Shown: positions 9,151-19,487 of the stretch, piece after piece
Layout: every line of letters starts with the position of its first letter
Position numbering within the stretch: position 1 is the stretch's first letter
Source: Limnohabitans sp.
GTDB taxonomy: Bacteria; Pseudomonadota; Gammaproteobacteria; Burkholderiales; Burkholderiaceae_C
Direction of reading: 5' to 3'
Assembly (NCBI RefSeq): GCF_044361985.1
Contig: NZ_JBIKHV010000008.1
Span: forward strand, 737-64,736
DNA length: 64,000 nt
Program-made: the position numbers and the translations under genes
The notes under the pieces: model-generated
Database searches by the model: none
What the model saw: only the letters and a program-made list of their open reading frames with translations
What the model was told of the DNA's origin: nothing

Positions 9151-11292
9151 ATGTCCGAGCCAATTCATCGTGCGCCTGGCGAGGGTATGGATGTCTTTTT
9201 CCATGCACGCAGCATGGCCGTCATCGGTGCCTCCTCTGAAATCTCCAAAATCGGCGGACGACCAATTCATCTTCTGCGCAAATATGGCTATTCAGGCAGC
9301 ATTTACCCCATCAACCCAAAGGGTGGAGAAATTCAAGGTCTGAAGGCCTATACATGCCTTGCCGATACCCCGGAAGCTCCTGAGCTGGCGGTCATCGCTG
9401 TGCCAGCACAACACGCCGTGAAAGCCCTGCGTGACTGCGCCACACGCGGCGTCAAAGCTGTGGTGGTGCTGTCCTCTGGATTTTCTGAGGCGGGGCCAAC
9501 CGGCATGCAATGGCAGGCTGAAATGACGGACATCGCACGCTCACATGGCATGCGGTTATTGGGTCCGAACTGTCTGGGGAGTCTGGGTGTTGCCAACAAA
9601 GTGATTGGTTCATTTTCGGTAGCACTTGAAGACCATATGCCCATGCCGGGAGGCATTGGCATCGTTTCCCAATCCGGCAACATTGGCAGCTATACCTTGC
9701 AGATTCTCGTCCAACGCGGTGTGGGTATCAGCGCAATGCTGACCACCGGCAATGAGGCCGATGTGGACTTGGCCGATGGCATTGCAGCATTGGCCTGCGA
9801 TCCTCATACGCGCGTCATTTTGTGCTGTATGGAGACTTGCCGCGATGGCAACAGGTTACGCCGGGCACTGGATATAGCGCGCAAAAACAAAACACCGGTT
9901 TTCGTTTTGAAAATTGGTGCCACTGAACTGGGTCAAGCAGCTGCAGCCTCTCACACAGGCGCTCTGGCTGGATCGGATGACGTGATAGATGCGGTGTTTC
10001 GTCGCCATGGTGCGCTTCGTGTGGGCTCCCACGAAGATCTGGTGGAAATAGGTCTTGCAGCAGAACAACTTCTTCCTGATCGACTTCCACGAACCGCTGA
10101 GGCGAATTTGATTGCCGCCTCAGGCGGGTTTTGTATCATGATGGCTGACGCCATGAGCTCGGCGGGTATCGACTTACCTCCTCTGTCCCAAGCCACACAG
10201 GACAGAATTCACGCAGTTCTTCCTTCTGCAATCACCAATAACCCGCTTGATTCTTCCGCACAAATTTCAAGCAAACCCGAAACCTTGCTTGAAGTCCTGT
10301 CTTCACTTCACGAAGACTCCGGGGCGCGAGTCACCATTTTGTTCCAGTCTCTGGCTCTCTACAGCAGCCGGCTACGGGGTATTTATATCGAAGCCATGAC
10401 GGCCTTGCGCTTGCGCTATCCGCAGCGTGTTTTGATTGTGATCAGTCGAGGTCCAGACGATGCATTGAAGCAGATTCGTCAACTCGGAATCCCTGTTTTT
10501 TCAACCATTGATGCTGCAGCGCGAGGTATGGCGGGTCTTGTCAAATTGTCAGAGCTACTGGCCTCGACTGTGCCTTATGAAAGTCCAACGGTCGTCAAGC
10601 AGGATTCATTGCCACCCATCGCGTTTCAAAATGAATACGGCGCTAAAAAGGTATTGGCGGAAGCTGGCTTTGACATACCCGTTGAGCGACAAGTCAGTTC
10701 TTTGGACGAGGCGGTGGAAGCCGCACAGGCTATGGGTTTTCCGGTGGTTCTCAAAGTGGTTTCCAAAGACCTTCCTCACAAAACCGAAGCAGGTGGGGTT
10801 GCACTGAATCTGTCCCATACTGAAGCGGTGCGTGCAGCTTACGGTCGCATTTTGTCCAACGTAAGTCAGCATGCCCCAACGGCAAGGGTCGAAGGCATCC
10901 TGGTCGCCCCCATGCTGCAAGGTGGAATAGAACTCATCGCTGGCATCTCACGCGATCCGGTTTTCGGCCCTGTAGTCATGATCGGTATGGGGGGTATTTA
11001 TGCGGAGGTACTGCACGATGTTTGCGTGCAGGTGGCTCCCGTTTCAGAGCAAGAAGCTTTAAAAATGATTCGCTCATTGCGGCTATTTCCCCTACTTGAC
11101 GGTGTACGCGGGCAGACACCAATGGACCAGCAAGCAGCGGCGAGCCTGGTGGCCAAATTGTCAGAATTCGCCTGCCGGTACAGCGATCAGGTTGCAGAAA
11201 TCGACCTCAATCCGATCCTTGTTCGCCCACGAGGTGAAGGGGTCGCCGTACTTGATGCCTTGATGATTCCTATGCATGAAAAAAGTCCGTAA
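9151..11292 (+). CDS. acyl-CoA synthetase (ADP-forming), acetate--CoA ligase family
   Basis: AVIGAS, LGPNCLG, SQSG, SHTGALAG, ATP-grasp HKTEAGGV, EIDLNP. Confidence 0.93.
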   Translation: MSEPIHRAPGEGMDVFFHARSMAVIGASSEISKIGGRPIHLLRKYGYSGSIYPINPKGGEIQGLKAYTCLADTPEAPELAVIAVPAQHAVKALRDCATRGVKAVVVLSSGFSEAGPTGMQWQAEMTDIARSHGMRLLGPNCLGSLGVANKVIGSFSVALEDHMPMPGGIGIVSQSGNIGSYTLQILVQRGVGISAMLTTGNEADVDLADGIAALACDPHTRVILCCMETCRDGNRLRRALDIARKNKTPVFVLKIGATELGQAAAASHTGALAGSDDVIDAVFRRHGALRVGSHEDLVEIGLAAEQLLPDRLPRTAEANLIAASGGFCIMMADAMSSAGIDLPPLSQATQDRIHAVLPSAITNNPLDSSAQISSKPETLLEVLSSLHEDSGARVTILFQSLALYSSRLRGIYIEAMTALRLRYPQRVLIVISRGPDDALKQIRQLGIPVFSTIDAAARGMAGLVKLSELLASTVPYESPTVVKQDSLPPIAFQNEYGAKKVLAEAGFDIPVERQVSSLDEAVEAAQAMGFPVVLKVVSKDLPHKTEAGGVALNLSHTEAVRAAYGRILSNVSQHAPTARVEGILVAPMLQGGIELIAGISRDPVFGPVVMIGMGGIYAEVLHDVCVQVAPVSEQEALKMIRSLRLFPLLDGVRGQTPMDQQAAASLVAKLSEFACRYSDQVAEIDLNPILVRPRGEGVAVLDALMIPMHEKSP

Positions 11293-11310
11293 AGGACTCT
11301 GAGACTTCCT

Positions 11311-12495
11311 ATGATCATTGATTTAAACCAGACCGCTGAACGGGAAAACTATCGCAGCTACGCAAAAAAATGGTTAGCCGATCATTTACCGTTGCACATG
11401 CGGGCAGACACCCTGGACTATCGATCGCCAACCCTTGAAGAGTCTCGTCAGTGGGAATCTGAAATGTACAAGGCTGGCTTGGCGGGCATGACCTGGCCCA
11501 AAGAATATGGCGGGCATGGCCTGAGCTTGAAAGAGCACTTGGCTGTGAACAAAGAAATAGGTGCATTGCTCATGCCCGAGAGTGTGAGCTCCATCGGTAA
11601 GGAACTTGCCGGCCCCATCATCATGACCGTAGGGACCGAAGAACAAAAAACGAATTTTCTTCCTGCTATTCTTAATATGGACAACTACTGGTGCCAAGGC
11701 TTTTCAGAGCCAGACGCCGGATCGGACTTGGCACGACTCAGAACCCGGGCCATCCCGGAGGGCGACCACTGGCGAATTAACGGTCAAAAGATCTGGACCA
11801 GTGGTGCAGCCAAGGCCCACTACTGCCTTTTGTTGACGCGCACTGGCACGATTGCCGACAAACACCGGGGCATGCTCATGTTTGCAGTGCCCATGAACAC
11901 CCCGGGGATTCGCGTTGTCCCCATCAGGTCAATTGATGGTAAAGAGTCATTTACCGAAGTATTTTTCGACGACGTGTTGGTCCCAGACTATGCCCGCCTA
12001 GGGGCTCCTGATGAAGGCTGGAATGCGGCCGTTCGAGTGCTTTCGATTGAGCGTGCCACGAATCGGATGTACCGGGCCTGGCGTTTTGAATCAGAGCTTC
12101 GTTTCCTGGTGCGTGCTTGTCGTTCAGACTCCAAGCTGTCAAAACTTCTAGAGGATGGCTATTTCCAACGGCGAATTGGCGACGTATTGGGTGAAATTGA
12201 TGGACTTAAGGGTCTGGTCGAGCGCACCGTGGAACGGCTGCTACAAGGCGCCGAAATAGGAGCACTTGGATCACTGACCAAACTTTACTGGTCAGAGTGC
12301 CACCAAGCTTTCGCAGGACTGGCTCAAAGCATCATCGGCCAAGTAACGCCCACTTCCAGTGAACTGGCACAACGCGCCAAGCAAGAGTTCACCCATGCTT
12401 ACCTTTTCTCACGCGCCGAAACAATCTACGCTGGCACCTCGGAAATCCAGCTTGATTTGATCGCACAACGCATTTTGCGACTGCCCAGGGAATAA
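11311..12495 (+). CDS. acyl-CoA dehydrogenase (catalytic subunit of a likely heteromeric pair)
   Basis: WCQGFSEPDAGSDLA, NGQKIWTS, TIYAGTSEIQ. Confidence 0.93.
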   Translation: MIIDLNQTAERENYRSYAKKWLADHLPLHMRADTLDYRSPTLEESRQWESEMYKAGLAGMTWPKEYGGHGLSLKEHLAVNKEIGALLMPESVSSIGKELAGPIIMTVGTEEQKTNFLPAILNMDNYWCQGFSEPDAGSDLARLRTRAIPEGDHWRINGQKIWTSGAAKAHYCLLLTRTGTIADKHRGMLMFAVPMNTPGIRVVPIRSIDGKESFTEVFFDDVLVPDYARLGAPDEGWNAAVRVLSIERATNRMYRAWRFESELRFLVRACRSDSKLSKLLEDGYFQRRIGDVLGEIDGLKGLVERTVERLLQGAEIGALGSLTKLYWSECHQAFAGLAQSIIGQVTPTSSELAQRAKQEFTHAYLFSRAETIYAGTSEIQLDLIAQRILRLPRE

Positions 12496-12499
12496 GCAC

Positions 12500-13468
12500 A
12501 TGAGCCACCAAGAAGACGGGCTTCGGCCTGAAGAGTTTGCTGAAGCGGCAGAAGCTGCCATTCAAGACGCGATAAAGGGCGAGGCCGGGCAGGTGAGCAG
12601 CACCCTGGCTGAGGCTGGATTGCTGGGGGTTTGCACGAGCGAGAAATCAAATGGACTGGGGCTTGATCTGCGTTTTGCAATTCCCCTTGCACAGGCGGCC
12701 GGTCGGCTAAGACTGCGCTTCGCTTTGGCTGAACAGATACTTTTGGCGCGCTGTTTTGCGGGCAGTGAGATCGCATCGTCCCTGGCACTGGGATTGCAGT
12801 TGGCCACCATTGCTTGGCAAGGCTCCACAGAGGACACCTGGATCGGTCACGCCCGCCGGGTGCAAGATGCTCGCTGGCTTCTAGTCCGCCACCAGGCCGG
12901 GGCGGTTTTGCTGGATGTATTGGATGCCCCCCGGCAATCAGACCGCAATCTGGACCCTGAAAACCCACAAGTATGGCTGAATGTGACTCAGTGTCCGGTT
13001 GTTTCGTATCTTGATCAAAACACCACAGAAGCCCTATGGCGCGATGGCGCTCTGTTGATGGCGGCCACGGTGCATGGGGCAGCAGAATATGCTTTGAACG
13101 CAGCGGTGGAACATACCTCGACACGGGTTCAATTTGAGCGGCCTCTGTCTTCCAAACAAGCGATTCGGCATTGGTTATCGCGCATGAAGCTCTACCACGA
13201 GGCTGCCGGCACTTCAATTGCCCGAGCACTGAATGAGAATGAATGGGGAGCCACCAGAGACCCGTTTCCGGTCTTGTCCACAAACTTGAAATACGCGACT
13301 TTCATCATCGAAAAGTCAATCCAATTGCATGGTGGTATGGGTTTCACATGGGACATTCCACTGCACCATGCACTTCGCGAAGTTCGAAAGATAGATGCAG
13401 CATGGGATGGCAGCGCATTGACACAAGACATCGGTCGTCGGTTCATGGAATCAATAGGGAGTCAATGA
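12500..13468 (+). CDS. acyl-CoA dehydrogenase-like partner subunit
   Basis: RVQFERPLSSKQAIRH, IQLHGGMGFTW; degenerate N-terminus; directly follows 11311-12495. Confidence 0.85.
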   Translation: MSHQEDGLRPEEFAEAAEAAIQDAIKGEAGQVSSTLAEAGLLGVCTSEKSNGLGLDLRFAIPLAQAAGRLRLRFALAEQILLARCFAGSEIASSLALGLQLATIAWQGSTEDTWIGHARRVQDARWLLVRHQAGAVLLDVLDAPRQSDRNLDPENPQVWLNVTQCPVVSYLDQNTTEALWRDGALLMAATVHGAAEYALNAAVEHTSTRVQFERPLSSKQAIRHWLSRMKLYHEAAGTSIARALNENEWGATRDPFPVLSTNLKYATFIIEKSIQLHGGMGFTWDIPLHHALREVRKIDAAWDGSALTQDIGRRFMESIGSQ

Positions 13469-13469
13469 C

Positions 13470-14228
13470 ATGCAACTGGATATGAAAGACCGTGTGGCGC
13501 TGGTCACGGGCGCTGGTAACGGCATAGGCAGAGCAACAGCGCGCTTACTGGCCACTCGCGGGGCCATAGTGGTCGTGAACGACCTGAAGGCGGAGTTTGT
13601 GGACCCTGTGGTGAACGAAATCACAGAAGCGGGTGGTCAGGCTTTTGGCGTTGTGCAAAACATCGCCAGTCGTGAAGGCATTACGGCCGCAGTGCAACAG
13701 ACATATGAATTCCGGGGCCGTTTCGATGTACTGGTTAACAACGCAGCATGGGTACGCTATCAGGCCATACCCGATATTCAATCTGAAACCTTGGACAGGA
13801 TGCTGGATGTCGGCTTCAATTCGGTCATTTGGGGGATTCAGGCAGCGGCTGCAGTCATGGACCCCCAACGTGGCGGCGTTATTGTGAATATCGCATCCAC
13901 GGCAGCTCTTCGCTCAACACTCAACTCCTTGGTCTATTCGGGCATCAAGGCCGGTGTGCTTGGTTTAACGCGCGCAGCCGCTGCTGAATTGGGTCATCGT
14001 CGTATCCGCGTCAATGCCGTGTGCCCCTCTGCTGTGCCGACCGAAGGCACACTGCGTAACCGCGATGCAACCCGTGACGCACTTCGTGTTGCTCGGACCC
14101 CGTTGGGCAGACTGGGAACCGTTGAAGACATCGCGCGGGGCATTTGTTTTTTGGTAAGTGATGACGCCGCTTTCATGACCGCGCAAGCCTTGGTGCTGGA
14201 TGGCGGCGTGACCTTTACCAACATTTGA
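13470..14228 (+). CDS. SDR family oxidoreductase
   Basis: TGAGNGIG, NNAA, YSGIK, IRVNAVCP. Confidence 0.93.
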   Translation: MQLDMKDRVALVTGAGNGIGRATARLLATRGAIVVVNDLKAEFVDPVVNEITEAGGQAFGVVQNIASREGITAAVQQTYEFRGRFDVLVNNAAWVRYQAIPDIQSETLDRMLDVGFNSVIWGIQAAAAVMDPQRGGVIVNIASTAALRSTLNSLVYSGIKAGVLGLTRAAAAELGHRRIRVNAVCPSAVPTEGTLRNRDATRDALRVARTPLGRLGTVEDIARGICFLVSDDAAFMTAQALVLDGGVTFTNI

Positions 14229-14235
14229 CAAGCAC

Positions 14236-15507
14236 ATGTCCATGCTTGGCCTCTCCTGCCTCAAACCAAATGGCACCGTGCTGATCACGGGTGCGGCCTC
14301 AGGCATTGGGCGGGCAACGGCGGTGCTATTTGCTCAGAGAAATTGGCGTTGCGTCTTGCTTGATCGAGCCCTGGGCCCTCTTCAGCAGTTGCAATCCGAA
14401 CTGGAATCAAGTAAGGCCAATGGGCATCTCATCATTCAGATTGACCTAACCCATGAATCGGAAATCCTTACTGTTCTTGAGGACATGCCCGATCTGGACG
14501 CCTTGGTCAACAACGCAGGCATGTCACATTCAGGTGCCAGTGCTTTGGACCCGCTTGACGGAGAAATCCCCTCTCAGTTGGTTGCCCTAAATCTGGCAGC
14601 ACCGGCACGCATGGTTGACGCCTGCGAGAGTCGCCTCCGTCCGGGGGCCCGAATTGTCAACCTCACATCTGGCGCCGCTTTACGGGCCATTCCAAATCGT
14701 GGCCTCTACAGCCCTAGCAAAGCTGGCCTGCTGGAACAAACTCGCGCCTTGGCCGCTGCAAAACCGGATTGGACGGTCACATCGCTGGCACCAGGTTTTG
14801 TGCGTACTGAACTGGTGCAAAAATTAGTTGAGAGTGGAAAACTCCATGGCCCAGATGCGCTGGCCAAAGTTCCGCTTGGCCGCATGGCGGAACCCACAGA
14901 AATAGCTGAAGCCGTTTATTTTTTAGCGACTCAAGCTCCACCGCAATTTTCTGGTGAGAACCTCATGGTCTGTGGTGGCTCGTCGGTTTACGGCGGTAGT
15001 CAGAAACTGGCCTTGGCGGAATATACATTGTCACCTTCCGAGTCGCTACCAAGATTGAAAACCGTATCCCTCGCCTCCGATGGATGGGCAGAAGTTAGGC
15101 ACGACCTTGAAGCGGAATCGCGGACATCATCTGATTCTTTTTACGAAGGCGTCATCGACGGCTCTGTACTTCTTGCAAAAACCGGGCAGATACTCAAGGC
15201 GGTTCAAATTGCCGCGATCAATTTCTTTCGAAGTCATGTGGGCCCAGCAAGTCTGACACTTCTTTTACCCTCCCGATCGGTCCAGTGGATGCATGCAGGA
15301 GATTTGGCATCAGCAAAAATGTTGGTTTCAACGCTTGCTGTTGAATGGGGCGCAAAAGGACTACGGATCAACGCCATCGAAGTTGCTGAAAATATCACGC
15401 CATTACATTTTTTGCCACTATTACATTTTTTGGCAGGCACAAAAGCTCAGTATGTCACTGGGCAAACACTGTGCCTTTCTCAAAATAACCACGGGGTGCG
15501 AAGATGA
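14236..15507 (+). CDS. tandem-domain SDR (intact N-terminal domain, degenerate C-terminal domain)
   Basis: TGAASGIG, NNAG, YSPSK; C-terminus keeps LAVEWGAKGLRINAI..YVTGQTL. Confidence 0.8.
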   Translation: MSMLGLSCLKPNGTVLITGAASGIGRATAVLFAQRNWRCVLLDRALGPLQQLQSELESSKANGHLIIQIDLTHESEILTVLEDMPDLDALVNNAGMSHSGASALDPLDGEIPSQLVALNLAAPARMVDACESRLRPGARIVNLTSGAALRAIPNRGLYSPSKAGLLEQTRALAAAKPDWTVTSLAPGFVRTELVQKLVESGKLHGPDALAKVPLGRMAEPTEIAEAVYFLATQAPPQFSGENLMVCGGSSVYGGSQKLALAEYTLSPSESLPRLKTVSLASDGWAEVRHDLEAESRTSSDSFYEGVIDGSVLLAKTGQILKAVQIAAINFFRSHVGPASLTLLLPSRSVQWMHAGDLASAKMLVSTLAVEWGAKGLRINAIEVAENITPLHFLPLLHFLAGTKAQYVTGQTLCLSQNNHGVRR

Positions 15508-16193
15508 GCGAACAAGACCTTATGCGTGACCAGATCAGGAATGAGTTTGAACGAGAGCGGGGCTACTGGCGACCCTGGAACGATACATTGCTGCGCGAAA
15601 GACCCAACTTTCTTCAGAATTACGCGCGCTATGCCGGACACCCTGCACGAACCGGCCCGTTGAGTGAACGCATGATCGAATTGATTTATGTGGGTTTGGA
15701 TGCTTCATCCAGCCATTTGTTCGAAGCCGGGCTTCGGGTTCATATGGAAAAAGCGCTCAAAGTCGGTGCAAGCCGACAGGATATTTTTGATGTACTGCAC
15801 TTGGTGGCTGGGCAGGGCATTGAGTGCACCCTGCAAGGAATCGAAATTCTTGCAGAAGAAATATCCCAGACACAAGATGTCAAAAATGTCTCAGGCGAAA
15901 GTGCTTTTGACTGGCTGGCTTGGAATGATCCGAGTTATGCAGAGCTCACGCATTCATTAATGTCCGATGGGTTCTCAACGGAAGGCCTGAGTCCAGCAGA
16001 ACGTTGCCTCGTGCAGATCGCGTTGCATGCTTGTTTTACAGCCTTCAATCCGAAAGCGCTCAGAGAACACATCCGTAAGGGCATTGAGATCGGATTGAGC
16101 AGTGCCCAAACTTTGCAATCCATTCAGTTGGGTGCCCATTTATCCGTGCACGGCACAGCGTTAGGTGCTCAAGTTTTCGAAACCTTGAATTGA
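15504..16193 (+). CDS. carboxymuconolactone decarboxylase/AhpD-like protein (two repeats)
   Basis: LSERMIELIYVGLDAS..H..KALKVGAS, repeated as LSPAERCLVQIALHA..H..GIEIG. Confidence 0.8.
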   Translation: MSEQDLMRDQIRNEFERERGYWRPWNDTLLRERPNFLQNYARYAGHPARTGPLSERMIELIYVGLDASSSHLFEAGLRVHMEKALKVGASRQDIFDVLHLVAGQGIECTLQGIEILAEEISQTQDVKNVSGESAFDWLAWNDPSYAELTHSLMSDGFSTEGLSPAERCLVQIALHACFTAFNPKALREHIRKGIEIGLSSAQTLQSIQLGAHLSVHGTALGAQVFETLN

Positions 16194-16227
16194 TATTGAT
16201 TTTTTAACACACCCAAAGGAGACAAGC

Positions 16228-17226
16228 ATGAAAAATTCTTCCATCTCGCGTCGCGCATTGTTGGCCAGCACAGCGCTGTTTGCAATGGACAGCCGAGCAC
16301 AGGTCCATACCGCGGCCAATGTCATCAACTGGCCGAACCGACCTATAAAAATAGTGGTACCAGGTCCCGCCGGGGTTGGTGGTGATATCTTTGCAAGAAT
16401 GTTGGCCGGCCCCTTGCAAGAAGCTCTCAAGCAGTCCATCGTCATTGAAAACAAAGCCGGTGCCAACGGCATCATTGGCAATGATGCCGTTGCCAAAGCA
16501 CAACCGGATGGTTACACCTTCCTCTTCTCGCCCTCATCGTCCATTGCCATTAACCCGATTCTTCAACCCAAAATGCCCTACGACACGGTCAAGGACCTTG
16601 CGCCCGTGGCACAAATCGGACTTTCGGGTTTTCTGCTGGTCGCTAATCCTTCCACGGGCTTCAAAAACTTGGACGATATGGTGCGGTATGCAAAAGCCAA
16701 CCCTGGAAAACTGAACTACGCATCCTGGGGAAATGGATCCAGCGGTCAACTGGCCATGGAAAGCATCAAGGCCCATTACCAAATTTTCATGCCGCATATT
16801 CCGTATAAAGGGGTCTTGCCTGCACTGACAGACCTGCTTGCAAACAACATCAGTGTTGGCTTTGTCGACATTGCATCACCTGTGCCGCATATCCGGTCCG
16901 GTCGTTTGGTTGGACTGGGATGTACCGGTTCTTCAAGGGGCCCCGCACTGCCCGATCTGCCCACTTTGTCAGAGCAGGGTTTCAAGTTTGATACCGATGG
17001 ATGGTATGGCGTGTTTACATCTGCGGGTACGCCACAAAGTTTGATCAACCGGATGAACCAGGAAATCAATCGCATATTGGCAACTGATGAAGTCATCCAA
17101 AAATTTGCCAGTAACAACATGCCGAAACCGCCGATCAAGACGGCAGACCAATTTGCAGCTACTGTAAAGAAAGATGTGGAAACTTGGCAAGGCTTGGCCA
17201 AAGTGGCTGGGCTGAAGATCGACTGA
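16228..17226 (+). CDS. Bug/TctC tripartite tricarboxylate transporter substrate-binding protein
   Basis: WPNRPIKIVVP, ENKAGANG, DGYT, HIPYKG. Confidence 0.95.
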   Translation: MKNSSISRRALLASTALFAMDSRAQVHTAANVINWPNRPIKIVVPGPAGVGGDIFARMLAGPLQEALKQSIVIENKAGANGIIGNDAVAKAQPDGYTFLFSPSSSIAINPILQPKMPYDTVKDLAPVAQIGLSGFLLVANPSTGFKNLDDMVRYAKANPGKLNYASWGNGSSGQLAMESIKAHYQIFMPHIPYKGVLPALTDLLANNISVGFVDIASPVPHIRSGRLVGLGCTGSSRGPALPDLPTLSEQGFKFDTDGWYGVFTSAGTPQSLINRMNQEINRILATDEVIQKFASNNMPKPPIKTADQFAATVKKDVETWQGLAKVAGLKID

Positions 17227-17319
17227 GTTGTTTGTTGAAATCAAGGATGACATTCTGAATACAGGATCTAAAAAATCCGGGTTGTCCAAATTACTCATGG
17301 CTCAATTAGGAGACGCTCA

Positions 17320-18282
17320 ATGATCAGTCGACGCAATTGCTTGCAAATATTGGCTGCAGCCTGCTTACCTGCTTCAGCGAAGGCGGCTTGGCCTGAAAAG
17401 GCTCTGCGCATCGTAGTACCTTATGCTGCTGGCGGATTCACCGATATATTGGCTCGAATGCTGGCAACGGGTATGTCAGAGAAACTTGGACAACCCATCA
17501 TCGTTGAAAATAAGCCTGGTGCGTCCACCATGTTGGGTGCAGAAATTGTCGCTAAGTCTCCTGCCGATGGCTATACCTTGCTGATGGCCACAACCAGTAC
17601 TCTGAGCACCAATCCGTTGGTGTTCAAAAAAATGCCGTTCAAACCCGCCGATTTAAGGCCCGTGGCATTGACCGGGCTGACCCCATTCGTATTGGTCGCG
17701 CATCCTTCGGTTCAAGCCAAAGACTCTACAGAACTGGTGAGCCTTGCGCGCGCCAACCCAGGCAAACTGAACTTTGCCATGTTGGGTACAGGATCATCGA
17801 CTCATTTTGTGGACGAAATGTATCGACGCATGACGGGGGTGGATATTCCAGATGTTCCCTATAAGGGGGCTGGGCCTGCAACCAATGATCTTCTGGCTGG
17901 ACATGTTCAACTCAACTTTGACGCCATTGCGACCGCTATCCCCCGCATTCAAAACGGCTCACTTAAAGGTCTGGGAATTTCATCTGATACCCGGTCTCCG
18001 CTTTTGCCCTCCTTGCCAACCTTCAAGGAATCAGGTCTACCCGATATGGTCGCCTATTCTTGGTATGGCTTGGTGGCACCTTCGGGTACACCAACAACTG
18101 TGGTGGAAAGGCTGAACAAACTGGTCAATGATTTACTCAATTCACCAGAGATCAAGGAACGCCTGATCGCCAATGGGGCAACAGCCCCCCAACTTTCAGC
18201 AGCTCAGTTTGGCGGACTGATTGATGACCACACCCGCCGGTGGGAGCGAATTATCAAACCATTGAATCTGCAACTCGATTAA
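17320..18282 (+). CDS. Bug/TctC substrate-binding protein
   Basis: VVPYAAGGFTD, ENKPGAS, DGYTLL, VPYKG. Confidence 0.95.
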   Translation: MISRRNCLQILAAACLPASAKAAWPEKALRIVVPYAAGGFTDILARMLATGMSEKLGQPIIVENKPGASTMLGAEIVAKSPADGYTLLMATTSTLSTNPLVFKKMPFKPADLRPVALTGLTPFVLVAHPSVQAKDSTELVSLARANPGKLNFAMLGTGSSTHFVDEMYRRMTGVDIPDVPYKGAGPATNDLLAGHVQLNFDAIATAIPRIQNGSLKGLGISSDTRSPLLPSLPTFKESGLPDMVAYSWYGLVAPSGTPTTVVERLNKLVNDLLNSPEIKERLIANGATAPQLSAAQFGGLIDDHTRRWERIIKPLNLQLD

Positions 18283-18362
18283 AGACCTGACACTAATTCA
18301 AGCATCAGGCAGACAAGATGTTTCTGGAATGTGACAACGTTAGGACACTACTGAGACAGTCA

Positions 18363-18662
18363 TTAACAATCAACCAACTCTAAAAAATGCTCAACAATCG
18401 GTGGTTGAGCAAAGAAGTCGCCCACCAGAGATCGCCACTCTGTATAAAGCGAAGATTCGCGAAAATCCACGGTGTGATTCTCAAGCGTAGCCCACGTCAG
18501 GAGAAGCAAATACCGATCAGGTGTTTCTATGCAACGGCGAAATTCATGATGAAGAAAACCTTTCGCCTTAGGAAAAATTGTGTCGAGTGCTAATTGAACA
18601 CTTTTCTCAAAAGAATCGTTTAGACCAGACTTGACTCGAATGTCAGCAACCTCAAGAATCAT
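18363..18662 (-). CDS. antibiotic biosynthesis monooxygenase (ABM) family protein
   Basis: MILEVADI..YLLLLTWATLENHTVDFR..VEHF; start moved to ATG 18662. Confidence 0.85.
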   Translation of the reverse strand: MILEVADIRVKSGLNDSFEKSVQLALDTIFPKAKGFLHHEFRRCIETPDRYLLLLTWATLENHTVDFRESSLYTEWRSLVGDFFAQPPIVEHFLELVDC

Positions 18663-18687
18663 CGTTGACCCCAGAATTTTTTGAAAA

Positions 18688-19458
18688 TCAATGAATATGG
18701 GTTCCGCCGTTGACGTCAAGCGTCGCGCCCGTCACAAACCCCGACAAATCTGAAGCGAGGTAAAGACAAGCCCCGGCCATCTCACGCGTAGATCCAATGC
18801 GCTTGAGGGGAATCGCATCAATGATTGCCTTAAGCCGCTCTTCAGAGAGCCCATCCAGCATGGGCGTGTCAATCATGGCTGGGCAAATAGAGTTGGCACG
18901 AATACCTAAGGCGCCGAACTCACGCGCAATACTTTTCGTCAAACTCAGCATGCCACCCTTGGACGCAGCGTAATGCGACCCTCCAACCAAGCCACCACCT
19001 CGTTGTGCTGCGAGTGAAGCCACGTTAACGATGTTGCCTGAGCGCTGCAATTCAAAAACTCTCAAGGCACTTTGACAAAGAAAAAATGCACCCTTGAGAT
19101 TGATATCGAGCATGAGATCCAGCTCACTTTCAGAGATATCCAGAATGGGCTTGGATTTAACAATGCCAGCTGAATTTATCAGGCAATCGAGGTGACCATG
19201 AATAGACACTACTTTCGCAACCAAGGCATCGCAGTCTTGACGGTTGCTGATATCGCATTGAATCCCATCTATCAATGCGGTACGTTCAAGCTTCTTCTCG
19301 ATTGATTCTTTGATTGATGCAAGTACAACTGCATTCATGTTCACATCGGTTACAACCACTTTTGCCCCGTGCTCTACAAAAAGCTCAGCCGTTGCATAGC
19401 CGATACTTCGCAAGGATGCTGCTCCAGCAACGATGCAAACCTTATTTTTTAACAGCAT
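18688..19458 (-). CDS. SDR family oxidoreductase
   Basis: NSAG, YAASKGG, GATLDVNGG. Confidence 0.92.
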   Translation of the reverse strand: MLLKNKVCIVAGAASLRSIGYATAELFVEHGAKVVVTDVNMNAVVLASIKESIEKKLERTALIDGIQCDISNRQDCDALVAKVVSIHGHLDCLINSAGIVKSKPILDISESELDLMLDINLKGAFFLCQSALRVFELQRSGNIVNVASLAAQRGGGLVGGSHYAASKGGMLSLTKSIAREFGALGIRANSICPAMIDTPMLDGLSEERLKAIIDAIPLKRIGSTREMAGACLYLASDLSGFVTGATLDVNGGTHIH

Positions 19459-19487
19459 ATCAATACGTTCCTTTTTCGAAAATCTGC

